Below are positions 51,035-60,784 of a stretch of 64,000 nucleotides of DNA, piece after piece. This DNA is from Treponema berlinense (GTDB lineage: Bacteria > Spirochaetota > Spirochaetia > Treponematales > Treponemataceae). The notes below the pieces were generated by a model. That model was not told the DNA's origin. It saw only the letters and a list, made by a program, of their open reading frames with translations, and made no database searches. The translations under genes and the position numbers were made by a program. Location: assembly GCA_052273165.1 (NCBI GenBank), contig DAVZIU010000004.1; one strand, 5' to 3'. Within the stretch, counting starts at the first letter, position 1. Each line of letters opens with the position of its first letter.

Positions 51035-52079
51035 TTGCTTCATTCTCCAGTTCAAAAGTAAAAAATTTTATGGCGCTAAGACAGCGGTTTACAAGAATTT
51101 CGCGCTCTCCGTCGGCAAGCACCGCTTCGTAAAGAGAAGCTGGTTTTTTAAACGAATCGACAGAACCTTTTGCAAAACGAATATAATCACATCTTCCAAA
51201 AACTTCCACAATGTCACTCACAGCAGAACCTTGTGATTCCGAAAGCGAACCGCAGGCTATCTCTTCAAATTTTTCGTAAAAATGTCCGCATGTCATCGAC
51301 AAAAAACATTCGTCAAACCGGCCGCACAGATATTTTCTGACGATCAGTGTAAGTTGAGAACAAAATTCCTCATCATCTTTTTTTTCTTTGAGAAGTTTGT
51401 TCAACTGCTTTTGAGAAGTCTTATAAAGTTTTTTGATTTTCCGCTGTTCTCCAGCAAGAATAAAAAGGGCTAAAAAATACGGCAGTTTTAAAACAAAAAA
51501 TATGACAATTCCAACACAAACAAAAAAAATTACCGCAAGAATAATCAACAAAAAAGAAGTTCCTGGAACAACACGAGGACCTGCTGGAGGCCTAAGAGAA
51601 ACCGCCCCTATTTTACCAGCAAGAGAATTTACAGAAACAGGCGCAAAATCTACAGGAAAAGCCGCAACAGAGCGTTCTTTTTTTTGCGAAGCGCGAACCA
51701 GATTCGACAAATCGAATGAAGAAAAATCAATTACGCCAGTCTGCCACGGAATAAAAAAAACTGTGAGCGTGTATTCAAAACCAATGTGCTCCAAAACAAC
51801 CCGATAAACCAGGCATTTTTCCGACATTTTGTTAAAAACCGGCCAGTCAGTCAAAAGTTCGAGGGTTTTTATGTCTGTTCCAGAAATTTTATTTTCAAAA
51901 AGATCTACGTCTGTATGAAAAACATATTTTAATTCACATCTGTCGCCGACATAAATATTTTTCGGCATGAGAATCTGCACTGCGTTGTTTGAACTTGAAT
52001 TTTTTGAAGCAAGATTCTGTGAAAAACAAAATGAGCCAGACAAAACAAAAGAAAACAGAAAAAGAAAAACTTTTTTCAT
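51012..52079 (-). CDS. Hypothetical membrane-anchored protein of the Bat operon
   Basis: Signal peptide, one TM segment, DYIRFAK; lies between DUF58 and BatA. Confidence 0.7.
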   Translation of the reverse strand: MKKVFLFLFSFVLSGSFCFSQNLASKNSSSNNAVQILMPKNIYVGDRCELKYVFHTDVDLFENKISGTDIKTLELLTDWPVFNKMSEKCLVYRVVLEHIGFEYTLTVFFIPWQTGVIDFSSFDLSNLVRASQKKERSVAAFPVDFAPVSVNSLAGKIGAVSLRPPAGPRVVPGTSFLLIILAVIFFVCVGIVIFFVLKLPYFLALFILAGEQRKIKKLYKTSQKQLNKLLKEKKDDEEFCSQLTLIVRKYLCGRFDECFLSMTCGHFYEKFEEIACGSLSESQGSAVSDIVEVFGRCDYIRFAKGSVDSFKKPASLYEAVLADGEREILVNRCLSAIKFFTFELENEANDENASV

Positions 52080-52969
52080 CTTTCTCTCCGGCTACAAAAA
52101 AACTTATTCAAAACAAAGGCAGGGTCGTCCGCGGTCGATAAAACAACAGGGCTTGCTCCGTGCCTCAGACAGAATTCTTTCCAGTTGTCCAGACGACGGC
52201 GATTGTCTTCAAACCAGGCATTTTTAAAGGCTTTTAAGGATGTAGGAAATTTTCTTGTAACGCCACTTTCAATGTCAGAAAAAAAAGCTGTTCCGATTTC
52301 CGGCAATTCGCTGTCCAAAGAATCCGTAATCCGCATTGCAACAACGTCATTTTTTTCTGCAAGCCGGGCAAGGTTTTCCTGCCAGAGCGATGAACGAAAA
52401 TCCGAAATTACAAAAACCAAAGAACGTTTTTTTAAAAGCTTATGTGCTCCTTTTAACGCAGAGCTAAGAACAGAACCTTTTTCAATTTTTTCTTCAGGTT
52501 CGTCAAGCCTGCTCAAAATCATCATTGCCTGATCACGTCCAGTTTTTGCCTTTGTGCTGAATCTTATTTTTCCATCAAAAAAAACAGCTCCAATCGAAGA
52601 ATTATTTTGCAAGCAGGCAAGAACTAAAAGTGCGACGGCTTCCGAAGCAACCTGAATCCGAGTTTTTTTATTTGTTCCAGAAAACATAGAAAGAGAACGA
52701 TCCAAAACAAAAAATACCTGAATCTCACGGTCTTCTTCGTATAATTTCACAAAAGGATGTCCCATTCTTGCTGTAACGTTCCAGTCGATTGAGCGAACGT
52801 TATCTCCGGCGTTGTATTCGCGAACTCCGTAAAAATCAATTCCCTGACCACGGTAAACCGACTTAAAACCGCCAAGACGTAGATTGTCGGCAAGTGTTTT
52901 TGCAGACAGCTTTAGAAGAGAAGCTTTTTGTACAAGTCTGTTTGAATTTTCATCAAAAATTTTCAGCAT
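52076..52969 (-). CDS. DUF58 family protein
   Basis: REYNAGDNVRSIDWNVTAR, DRSLSM, VISDF. Confidence 0.9.
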   Translation of the reverse strand: MLKIFDENSNRLVQKASLLKLSAKTLADNLRLGGFKSVYRGQGIDFYGVREYNAGDNVRSIDWNVTARMGHPFVKLYEEDREIQVFFVLDRSLSMFSGTNKKTRIQVASEAVALLVLACLQNNSSIGAVFFDGKIRFSTKAKTGRDQAMMILSRLDEPEEKIEKGSVLSSALKGAHKLLKKRSLVFVISDFRSSLWQENLARLAEKNDVVAMRITDSLDSELPEIGTAFFSDIESGVTRKFPTSLKAFKNAWFEDNRRRLDNWKEFCLRHGASPVVLSTADDPAFVLNKFFCSRRER

Positions 52970-52991
52970 CGGACAGCCTTTAAAAATTCAA

Positions 52992-54047
52992 CTATGGAAC
53001 AGGAACAAACGTTAAAATTTTTGAAATAATTTCGTCGGCAGTTATTCCATCGGCAGCTGCTTCGTAAGAAAGAACAAGCCTGTGCCTTAAAACTTCGCAG
53101 GCGGCATTTTTTACGTCTTCTGGCAAAACAAAAGAACGTCCGGCAAACAAGGCTTTTACTTTTGAACACTGCAAAAGAGCAATTCCAGAACGAGGCGAAG
53201 CGCCAAAAGAAATATATTTTGAAAACTCAGTGCGCCGTCCAGTATTAAGATTGCGCGTTACCGAAACAATGTTTACCATATATTCGATAATTTTGTCAGC
53301 GCAGACAACTTTTTCAAAAGCCGACTGTAAGTCTTTTATTTTTTGAGCGGAAAGCACTTTTTTAACGGCAACTTCACCCGCTTTTCCAGCAGTTTTTACA
53401 ATTTGAATTTCTTCCTGAGGAGTCGGATAAGAAACCAGGACTTTTAGCAAAAAGCGGTCAAGTTCTGCTTCCGGTAAATTGTAGGTTCCTTCCTGCTCAA
53501 TCGGGTTCTGGGTTGCAAGAACCAAAAATGGTAAAGGAAGCGGATATGTTTTTTCACCAATCGTAACCTGTTTTTCCGCCATGGCCTCAAGCAACGCTGA
53601 CTGAACTTTTGCAGGAGCGCGGTTAATTTCATCGGCAAGCACAACGTTTGTAAAAACAGGACCTTTTCTGACAGAAAAATTTCCAGTGTTCTGCTCGTAA
53701 ATCAAAGTTCCGCTTACGTCCGCAGGCAAAAGATCCGGAGTAAACTGAATACGCTTAAAATCAAGACCAGAAAGTTCAGCAAAAGTTTTTACGGCAAGTG
53801 TCTTTGCAAGACCGGGAACTCCCTCCAAAAGAACATGTCCGCCTGTAATTATCGCAGTAAGAATCGCATCAATTACCTGTCCCTGCCCAACAAGCCGTTT
53901 TGCAGCTTCTGTCCGGCACTCTTCCAGAATCTTCTGGCAGTTTTCAAAAATCGCCGAATCCTGAATATTTTCGCTGCTGTTGCCCTGTCCGTTAACTTCC
54001 GTATTTTCAAAACCAGTTAAAGTTGAATTTATATTATTTTTATCCAT
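52992..54047 (-). CDS. moxR: MoxR family AAA+ ATPase
   Basis: GHVLLEGVPGLAKT, RIQFTPDLLPAD, DEINRA, ATQNPIEQEGTY. Confidence 0.94.
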   Translation of the reverse strand: MDKNNINSTLTGFENTEVNGQGNSSENIQDSAIFENCQKILEECRTEAAKRLVGQGQVIDAILTAIITGGHVLLEGVPGLAKTLAVKTFAELSGLDFKRIQFTPDLLPADVSGTLIYEQNTGNFSVRKGPVFTNVVLADEINRAPAKVQSALLEAMAEKQVTIGEKTYPLPLPFLVLATQNPIEQEGTYNLPEAELDRFLLKVLVSYPTPQEEIQIVKTAGKAGEVAVKKVLSAQKIKDLQSAFEKVVCADKIIEYMVNIVSVTRNLNTGRRTEFSKYISFGASPRSGIALLQCSKVKALFAGRSFVLPEDVKNAACEVLRHRLVLSYEAAADGITADEIISKILTFVPVP

Positions 54048-54121
54048 TTTATAGCCTAAAAGTTGTATATTTATGCATGTCTAATTGACGCACGCACTTT
54101 ATAACGATAATATACTTTATC

Positions 54122-55405
54122 ATGTTGAACCCTTTAGCACAAGAATTGAACAATGTTCTTAAAAACACAACTCCAGGCGAGTTGCTTTCAGATTTAGGAT
54201 TAAGGATTTTCTTCCCAAAAGGCATTATTGCTCAGGGAGGAGAAGCAAAAAAATTCGGAAAAGTTGCAAACGCAACAATCGGAACAACGCTCACAGGCGG
54301 AAAACCGGCAATTCTCGAAGCTGTGCATAAATATGCACCAGAACTTTCTGCTGGAGAGCTGGTTTCGTATATGCCGACCGCTGGCAATCCGGAACTGCGT
54401 GCACTTTGGAAAGATTTAATCTACAAAAAGAATCCAGGGCTCAAAGGAAAATCGATTTCCCTGCCAGTTGTAGTTCCAGGACTAACAGCAGGAATTTCCT
54501 ATCTTGCAGACCTTTTTCTTGACGAAGACAAAACTCTTCTTTCGCCAAATCCAAGTTGGGACAATTATGCGCTCATTGTAGAAACACGCAGAAATTCACA
54601 GTTCCACACATTCAATCTTTTTTCAGGCGACGGATTCGACCTTGACTCGTTCAAAAAAGCATTAGAAAAAGAAGCGGAAACAGGGTTTGTCCGTTTACTT
54701 TTAAACTTTCCTCAAAATCCAAGTGGCTATTCACCTACAAACGCAGAAGCAGCTCAGATTGTAAAAATAATTCGCGATGTTGCAGAAAAAGGCGCAAAAG
54801 TTCTTATTTGGGACGATGACGCATATTTTGGGCTAAACTACGAAAATGACATTTATCCACAGTCGCTCTTTGCAGAATTTGCAGACCTGCACGAGAATGT
54901 TCTTGCAGTAAAAATCGACGGACCTACAAAAGAAGACTTTGTATGGGGCTTCCGCACAGGATTTTTAACATTTGGCGGAAAAGGATTAACTGAAGAACAC
55001 TACGCTGCCCTCGAAAAAAAACTCATGGGACTTATTCGTTCTTCAGTAAGTTGCTCATCGACTCCAAGCCAGAGCCTTGCATTGCGCGCATTCAGCGATC
55101 CAGAGCTCGAAAATCAAAAAAAGGATTTCCGCAATCTCCTCGAAGAACGCTATACAGAAGTAAAAAAATTCGTAACCTCGCATACAAGCAAAAATCTTGA
55201 AGCTCTGCCATTCAATTCAGGATATTTCATGAGTTTTCACACAAAAGTCGATGCCGAACAGTTGCGCCAGAAGATACTGCACGAAAAGCAGATTGGAACA
55301 GTTGCAATTGATTCAGAAACACTCAGAGTTGCATTCTCTAGTCTTGAAAAAGAACAGGTAGAAACAGTATACAAAGCAATTTATGACTGCGCCGACAATA
55401 TGTAA
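54122..55405 (+). CDS. Class I/II PLP-dependent aminotransferase
   Basis: NFPQNPSG, DDAY, DGPTKE...GFR. Confidence 0.88.
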   Translation: MLNPLAQELNNVLKNTTPGELLSDLGLRIFFPKGIIAQGGEAKKFGKVANATIGTTLTGGKPAILEAVHKYAPELSAGELVSYMPTAGNPELRALWKDLIYKKNPGLKGKSISLPVVVPGLTAGISYLADLFLDEDKTLLSPNPSWDNYALIVETRRNSQFHTFNLFSGDGFDLDSFKKALEKEAETGFVRLLLNFPQNPSGYSPTNAEAAQIVKIIRDVAEKGAKVLIWDDDAYFGLNYENDIYPQSLFAEFADLHENVLAVKIDGPTKEDFVWGFRTGFLTFGGKGLTEEHYAALEKKLMGLIRSSVSCSSTPSQSLALRAFSDPELENQKKDFRNLLEERYTEVKKFVTSHTSKNLEALPFNSGYFMSFHTKVDAEQLRQKILHEKQIGTVAIDSETLRVAFSSLEKEQVETVYKAIYDCADNM

Positions 55406-55423
55406 ATCAATTTTATAAAAACA

Positions 55424-55455
55424 CAAAAGACGTCAGAAAATCTGGCGTCTTTTTT
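55424..55455 (+). terminator. Intrinsic terminator
   Basis: AAAAGACGTCAGA-AAA-TCTGGCGTCTTTTTT. Confidence 0.7.
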
Positions 55456-55605
55456 ATTTGTCGGCAATCCACTTTCAATCTGAAAATTGCGCCGTCAACC
55501 TGGCACTAAATTTTATAAAAAAATATACTGGCTTTTGAAACAAACAGTCGTTTTTTTCTATTCATAAATATTTATAAATGTAAAAAAATACGGTATACTC
55601 AAATA

Positions 55606-56877
55606 ATGACTGGATTTTTGAGGACTTCTTTTTTTGCGGCGATTTTTATTTTTTGCGGACTTTTTTTTGGCTGCAAGACACAAGACAATTCGCCAGACAC
55701 TTTTATAATTTGGACTGACCGTGAAGAATTTGTTTCTTACAGTGAACTTTTTAATTCGATTCAAGACAAGACAAAAGCTATAATTGTTTACAAAAAGCGT
55801 CTTGCAAGCGCACTTCCTCCTGCAAAGGATGAAGAAAAACCAGATTTAATTGCAGGTTCCTGGCTCAAAAACGACAACACGCGCAAACTCTTTCGTCCTC
55901 TCGATTCACTTTTAAGCAAAGACAGCATCGATGTTTCTACGCTTTACTCGCCTCTTGTTGAATACGGCAAAGTTTTCGGCAGCCAGTATCTTATTCCTGT
56001 TAGTTTTAATCTTCCGATTTTTGTTTTTTCTTCCAAAAACGAAGATAAAATTCCAAATCAATATTCGCTTTCTCTTGAACAGATAAAAGAACTCGCTGGT
56101 GACTTTAACACTGTAAATAAAAAAGGTTTCTATACAAAAATGGGTTTTGCCCCTTCCTGGGACGATGAATTTTTATACGAAGTTGCTAAAAAATTCGGTC
56201 CTTGTTTTAAGCAAAAAGGAAACGGATTTGTCTGGGACGAAAAAAAACTTTCAGAAGCAGTTGAATATATCAGAACCTGGACGGCAGAAAAAAACTCAAG
56301 CACAACGGCAGAACAGGATTTTGAATTCAAATATCTCTACACCCCAAAATATAGACAAATTGCCGAAGGCAGAACGCTTTTTAGCTACATAACGAGCAGT
56401 GAACTTTTTAAAATTTCTTTTGAACAGCTTGGCGAAGTTGATTTCCGATGGCTTTCGATAAACGGCTCCATTCCTGCAAAAGACGACATTGTTTCTATGG
56501 CAATTTACAAGCACGCAAAAAATCCAAAGCAGGCTGAAAATTTTATCCGCTGGTTTTTCCAGGAAAAAAATCAAAAACTTTTGCTGGAACGCTCTGAAAA
56601 AATGCATCTGGACACGGCGACTTTTGGAATCGTGTCCGGTTTTTCGACAATAAAAGGTGTAAACGAGCGCATTTTTCCAACTTTTTACAGAAATTTGCTC
56701 GGAAACTTGCCGGCAGAAGAAAAAATTGCAGCTCCACAGGCTTTTTCACCACGCTGGCAAAGCATAAAAGAGCGCGTAATTTTTCCTTATTTGAACAATG
56801 CAATAAAAACCGACAGCGACAAAAAAAATCTTACGATGGAATCGCTTTTAAATACCTGGTCAAAGCAATTTGACTAA
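55606..56877 (+). CDS. Extracellular solute-binding lipoprotein
   Basis: FFGC lipobox; YLIPVSFN, AENFIRWF. Confidence 0.7.
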   Translation: MTGFLRTSFFAAIFIFCGLFFGCKTQDNSPDTFIIWTDREEFVSYSELFNSIQDKTKAIIVYKKRLASALPPAKDEEKPDLIAGSWLKNDNTRKLFRPLDSLLSKDSIDVSTLYSPLVEYGKVFGSQYLIPVSFNLPIFVFSSKNEDKIPNQYSLSLEQIKELAGDFNTVNKKGFYTKMGFAPSWDDEFLYEVAKKFGPCFKQKGNGFVWDEKKLSEAVEYIRTWTAEKNSSTTAEQDFEFKYLYTPKYRQIAEGRTLFSYITSSELFKISFEQLGEVDFRWLSINGSIPAKDDIVSMAIYKHAKNPKQAENFIRWFFQEKNQKLLLERSEKMHLDTATFGIVSGFSTIKGVNERIFPTFYRNLLGNLPAEEKIAAPQAFSPRWQSIKERVIFPYLNNAIKTDSDKKNLTMESLLNTWSKQFD

Positions 56878-56955
56878 AAAACAGCCGAAAATGACGTCAG
56901 TTTTTATCATTAAAAGTTTGCGTTGCAAACTTTCTTATCATAGGAGTGCAAAATT

Positions 56956-57156
56956 ATGAGCGAAGCTTTAATTTCTCAGGACGAACTGAACAAACTTTTA
57001 CAAGCGGAACGTTCAAAAATAAAAACCATAAGAAAACCGAATTTCAAATCCTCTCAAATTCTGGAAAATTTTGCAAAGTTTTCGGACAGATTAAAAATCG
57101 AACGGATTTCTGTAACACAGGAAGAAGTTGACAGCGTTCTAGGAAAAAAACAATAA
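56956..57156 (+). CDS. 66-aa protein with two (S/T)QxE(L/V)(D/N)xxL motifs
   Basis: AGGAG SD; ISQDELNKLL at the N-terminus and VTQEEVDSVL at the C-terminus. Confidence 0.65.
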   Translation: MSEALISQDELNKLLQAERSKIKTIRKPNFKSSQILENFAKFSDRLKIERISVTQEEVDSVLGKKQ

Positions 57157-57213
57157 AAAATTCATGTTTTTATGGTATTTGCACAAAATGCCATAAAAAA
57201 ATATACCGTTCTC

Positions 57214-57240
57214 TAAACTAAATTTTTATTTTTCCGAAAA
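57214..57240 (+). promoter_or_regulatory. Candidate sigma28 (FliA) promoter
   Basis: TAAA-N15-TCCGAAAA upstream of 57259. Confidence 0.45.
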
Positions 57241-57258
57241 TTTATTAGAGGTTGGGTT

Positions 57259-57648
57259 ATGGTCAATTCTATTTCTTTAAATGCTTATTCATACGGCGGA
57301 ATTTTAAGTGGCAGTTCTGGAAAACTCTATGTTCCTGTAAATCCTGCTTATGTTATATATTCTCAATTTGACCATATTTCTGGAGTTGCTTCTTCAATCC
57401 CAGAACACGGAGTTTCTGTAAGTAAAATTCAGATTTTAAACTCTCTTTTAAACCAGCTTATCTCCATGAGAAACCAGCCAAAAGCAGAAATTTCCGACAA
57501 TTCAAATTTGAGCGATGACCAAATGGAAAGTCTTATTCAAAATTATCAATCTCAAATTCAAAACGAAATCGAAAAATCTCATCTGACAGGTTACGGACTT
57601 GCGGGCGTTCAGCCTCAGACAGGACAAATTCTCGATCTGACGGCGTAA
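57259..57648 (+). CDS. Hypothetical protein (129 aa)
   Basis: AGAGG SD; C-terminal GQILDLTA. Confidence 0.7.
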   Translation: MVNSISLNAYSYGGILSGSSGKLYVPVNPAYVIYSQFDHISGVASSIPEHGVSVSKIQILNSLLNQLISMRNQPKAEISDNSNLSDDQMESLIQNYQSQIQNEIEKSHLTGYGLAGVQPQTGQILDLTA

Positions 57649-57650
57649 TT

Positions 57651-59018
57651 CTAATTATTTGCGAACTTTTTTTGATAAAAAATACTGTCCATCCACTCAA
57701 ATCGTTGTTCGCACCAATCAGTAAGATATTTTACTTCGCTTTTATAAGTTTTTCGGTTGCGATATCCAGGTGCGCGTGGCCAAATTTCGCTTCCAATTAT
57801 GTGCCATACGCTGTCATTTAATTCTCCGGCAGAATTTAAAAGCTCGCCCTGCTCCTTAAGCCAGTCAATCGAAAATTTTAATTCAAGCCGGGTTTCACAC
57901 CAACGTTTTTCTACCGCATTTACAAAATCCGCATCGTTAAAAAGGCGGTGATACCAGGACGACTGGTTTATCAAAAAACCTTCTTCGTTGGACGGCATCG
58001 TCGAGTTTTTAGAAAAATCAAAAACCCTGAACATTTGAATCCATGCGCTGTTGCTTACGAGAGAATTATAAGAATTGCTTCCTGTAGAACTTTCGCCACT
58101 GTTTCCAAAAGCAATATCGTGATCCCAGGCAGGTCCCATAAAGAGTTTATCCTGATTGTAGTCATAATTCATGAAAACCGAGTTATAGAACTTTGCATCG
58201 TAATTTTTTGAAAATTCAGAGAGAAGATACCAGTCAACAAACGAATTCATATCAAAATATTTTTTGTATCCGTCTTTTTTTAACCAATTTTCGCTATAAA
58301 GAATATTTTCGAGTTCGGTTATTTTTTCCGCCCATTTTTTGTAGTTTTCTTCGGTTGATTTTGGAGAACGGATATGAAACCTTAAGCCTGTCGGGCTTGA
58401 AAAAGAATACGGACGTCCGCTGTGACTGTCGATTTCGGCAAGAAAACCTTCCCCCTCAAATTCAACACGGCTTTTTTCGACTTCGACTTTTTCCGTAATT
58501 GAATAAAGTCCGCGGTATTTGCCATTTATAAAGAGTGTTATAAATTTTGACTGCGGATTCCAGCGCATTTTATCCCAGACCTTGTGAGTAAGATATTCGG
58601 CATAAAAATTTCGAAGCATTGAGCGGTCACAGGGATTTGCAATCAAAATCCATTTTCGGGCAGCAGGCATTCCCAAAAGATTTGCTTCGCGGTCAAGTTT
58701 TAAAAGATACGGTTTTTTCTTTGTAAAAGTGGTCTTCCAGGTTGAATTTCCGTGTCCACGAACCTTGCATTTTCCTGTAAGAACGACAGAAGAATCCGTT
58801 AAAGTAAAATCGCCTTTTAAATAGTTTTCTTTGCTTGTAATTTCTTTATTTTTGTTTGTAGAAAGTTCAAGTATCGGAAGACCGAGTTTTTTGCAACTTT
58901 CAAAAGTAACTTCCCGTTCGGAAGAAAGCAAGAATGCTAAAACACAGCCAAACGAAAGCAGAACAAATAAAAAAACAAAACCGACAGAATATCTTTTTAT
59001 TCCCTTAAAAACGCTCAT
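57651..59018 (-). CDS. CotH kinase family protein
   Basis: KVRGHGNST, KKPY, KWILIAN, GPAWDHDIAFG; N-terminal hydrophobic anchor. Confidence 0.88.
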   Translation of the reverse strand: MSVFKGIKRYSVGFVFLFVLLSFGCVLAFLLSSEREVTFESCKKLGLPILELSTNKNKEITSKENYLKGDFTLTDSSVVLTGKCKVRGHGNSTWKTTFTKKKPYLLKLDREANLLGMPAARKWILIANPCDRSMLRNFYAEYLTHKVWDKMRWNPQSKFITLFINGKYRGLYSITEKVEVEKSRVEFEGEGFLAEIDSHSGRPYSFSSPTGLRFHIRSPKSTEENYKKWAEKITELENILYSENWLKKDGYKKYFDMNSFVDWYLLSEFSKNYDAKFYNSVFMNYDYNQDKLFMGPAWDHDIAFGNSGESSTGSNSYNSLVSNSAWIQMFRVFDFSKNSTMPSNEEGFLINQSSWYHRLFNDADFVNAVEKRWCETRLELKFSIDWLKEQGELLNSAGELNDSVWHIIGSEIWPRAPGYRNRKTYKSEVKYLTDWCEQRFEWMDSIFYQKKFANN

Positions 59019-59042
59019 ATTTTTTAGATATTTTAGATAAAT

Positions 59043-59717
59043 CTAGTACGTTACTTCGCCGTCATGCGCAAGAATTGTTGAAGAAACAACATTTTCAAGA
59101 GCGGCAACTTCCTGTAAAAGAGCAGAATCGTCAGAAGCGCGAATTTCCACAACAAGGTTGATTTTTCCGTTAGAAAGAGCACGGCTTTTTACTGCAAAAG
59201 TTTTGCAATATTTTTGAACAAGCGCCATTATGCTTTTTTCGAGTTCGTAGCTGTTACCGCTTACCATCAAAATTTTTGGAGCTTTTGCAACAGGAAGCCT
59301 GTCCAAAACAAAAAGTGCAATAGTCAAAATAAATGCAAGCACGCACGAAATTTGAGCAAGACCTGCGCCACAGATAATTCCTGTAGAAATCGCCCAAAAC
59401 AGAAAAACCAAATCCATTGGATCTTTTATTGCAGTTCTAAAGCGGACAATAGAAAGAGCGCCGACCATACCTAAAGAAATTACAACGCTCGACTGAATCG
59501 TCAAAATTACACCGGCAGTAATCAATACGAGAGCAGGAAGCGCAATGTTAAAAGACTTTGAATAAAAAGTCCTGCGCGTCAAAAGCCTGTAAGCAAAAAA
59601 AATGTAAAGCGCAAAAATCGACGCAATAAAAAAAACAACAATGATGTTTTCTGGAGTTGCATCGTACCTTGTAAATCCCTGAATGAATGATTTTTTGAAA
59701 ATATCCTTAAATCCCAT
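59043..59717 (-). CDS. DUF4956 family membrane protein
   Basis: SLGMVGALSIVRFRTAIKDP. Confidence 0.9.
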   Translation of the reverse strand: MGFKDIFKKSFIQGFTRYDATPENIIVVFFIASIFALYIFFAYRLLTRRTFYSKSFNIALPALVLITAGVILTIQSSVVISLGMVGALSIVRFRTAIKDPMDLVFLFWAISTGIICGAGLAQISCVLAFILTIALFVLDRLPVAKAPKILMVSGNSYELEKSIMALVQKYCKTFAVKSRALSNGKINLVVEIRASDDSALLQEVAALENVVSSTILAHDGEVTY

Positions 59718-59760
59718 AAAAGTTACCGTCCTTTTTTATGTTTTCTATATTTTTAGATTT

Positions 59761-60456
59761 TTAAGCCATCCCGTGAATATCAAATTTTCTGCAAAGGTAG
59801 AATTTTGAAAAACTCGTCCATTGCAAAAGGCTCGTCTGACACGCCTCGTTTATAAAATCTGGCAAAAACTCGTCGAATTTTACTTCCATCATATTGGTTC
59901 CAACAGGAAGAACAGACCTGAACGCTGCCTGAGGATTAAAAAAATCCTCTATGTTGCTTGAACTGCGAAGGTTTCTGTCAAAAGTTACACGAACGTTTCC
60001 GTCCGGATAAACAAAAGGCACTCTCTCGTAAGCGACAATTACAACAGGCCTTAATGCACGAAAATGCATCTGAGAAATCAATTTTTTTAAGAGGTATGGA
60101 GTTTGGGCCGTAAAATCTGGAATTTGACCAGTCATAATCTGTTCGAGAGTTTTTTGCGGAATTGGACACGAAGTTTTTAGGCACATTCCGTTTACTTTTT
60201 GCTTTAATTCCAAAGTAATGCGCTCTTTTGAACAGTTGTAAATTCTGATTCTGAATTTTTCGCGCGGGTCGGTGCCATTTTCGTTTTCTAAAAAACAAGT
60301 GTCGTAAATATCATCGAAGTAAATGCTTCGGATTGAGTATTCGCCTGCTGCACCAGTATTTTTGTCCAGATATAGCAACGCTCCAATCCGCTGTTCAATT
60401 GCAGAAAGAACCATTTCCGGAGAAAAATATTTAAACTCGTGTCTGAATTTAGGCAT
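59761..60456 (-). CDS. VTC-domain (polyphosphate polymerase-like) protein
   Basis: RHEFKY, IRSIYFD, KFRIRIY, LELK, RVTFD, EVKF, SFSKF; start moved to ATG 60456 after GGAG. Confidence 0.88.
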   Translation of the reverse strand: MPKFRHEFKYFSPEMVLSAIEQRIGALLYLDKNTGAAGEYSIRSIYFDDIYDTCFLENENGTDPREKFRIRIYNCSKERITLELKQKVNGMCLKTSCPIPQKTLEQIMTGQIPDFTAQTPYLLKKLISQMHFRALRPVVIVAYERVPFVYPDGNVRVTFDRNLRSSSNIEDFFNPQAAFRSVLPVGTNMMEVKFDEFLPDFINEACQTSLLQWTSFSKFYLCRKFDIHGMA

Positions 60457-60618
60457 TATTGCAACTCTCCAGAAGTTACCGAACAATCGGTAACTTCTAT
60501 ATGAATTATACAGAAATATTTTCTGAGTGTAAATAATTTTTTTATAAAAAATTGAAATAACGTTTAAATAATTAAACATTTAACCTAAAGAACCAAAGAA
60601 AAGTTTTTTAAGCAATGC

Positions 60619-60708
60619 CTAGCCCGTGCTGGAGCAACGCCAAAGGCGGCCCGAAAGGGCTGAGGGTTACCGAATTGCGGAAGGACGGTTTGAGAGCAGA
60701 TGCGCTCC
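60619..60708 (+). repeat. Structured intergenic repeat, family B
   Basis: TAGCCCG...GCCCGAAAGGGC...GAGGGTTACCGAA...CGGTTTGA...GCGCTCC. Confidence 0.7.
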
Positions 60709-60784
60709 AAAAGTTTTAAATAAAAAAAACGAGATGCTTTTTTACTTGCATCCCGTTTTTGTAAGTTTTTGAGTTTTTAAGTTT

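Noticed and set aside
55420..55455. ACAAAAGACGT as a further ANTAR hairpin
   Set aside because: The loop would be 7 nt and it lies just after a stop codon; it is an ordinary terminator.
59022..59040. Tandem TTTTAGATA duplication
   Set aside because: Only two short AT-rich copies; no evidence of function.
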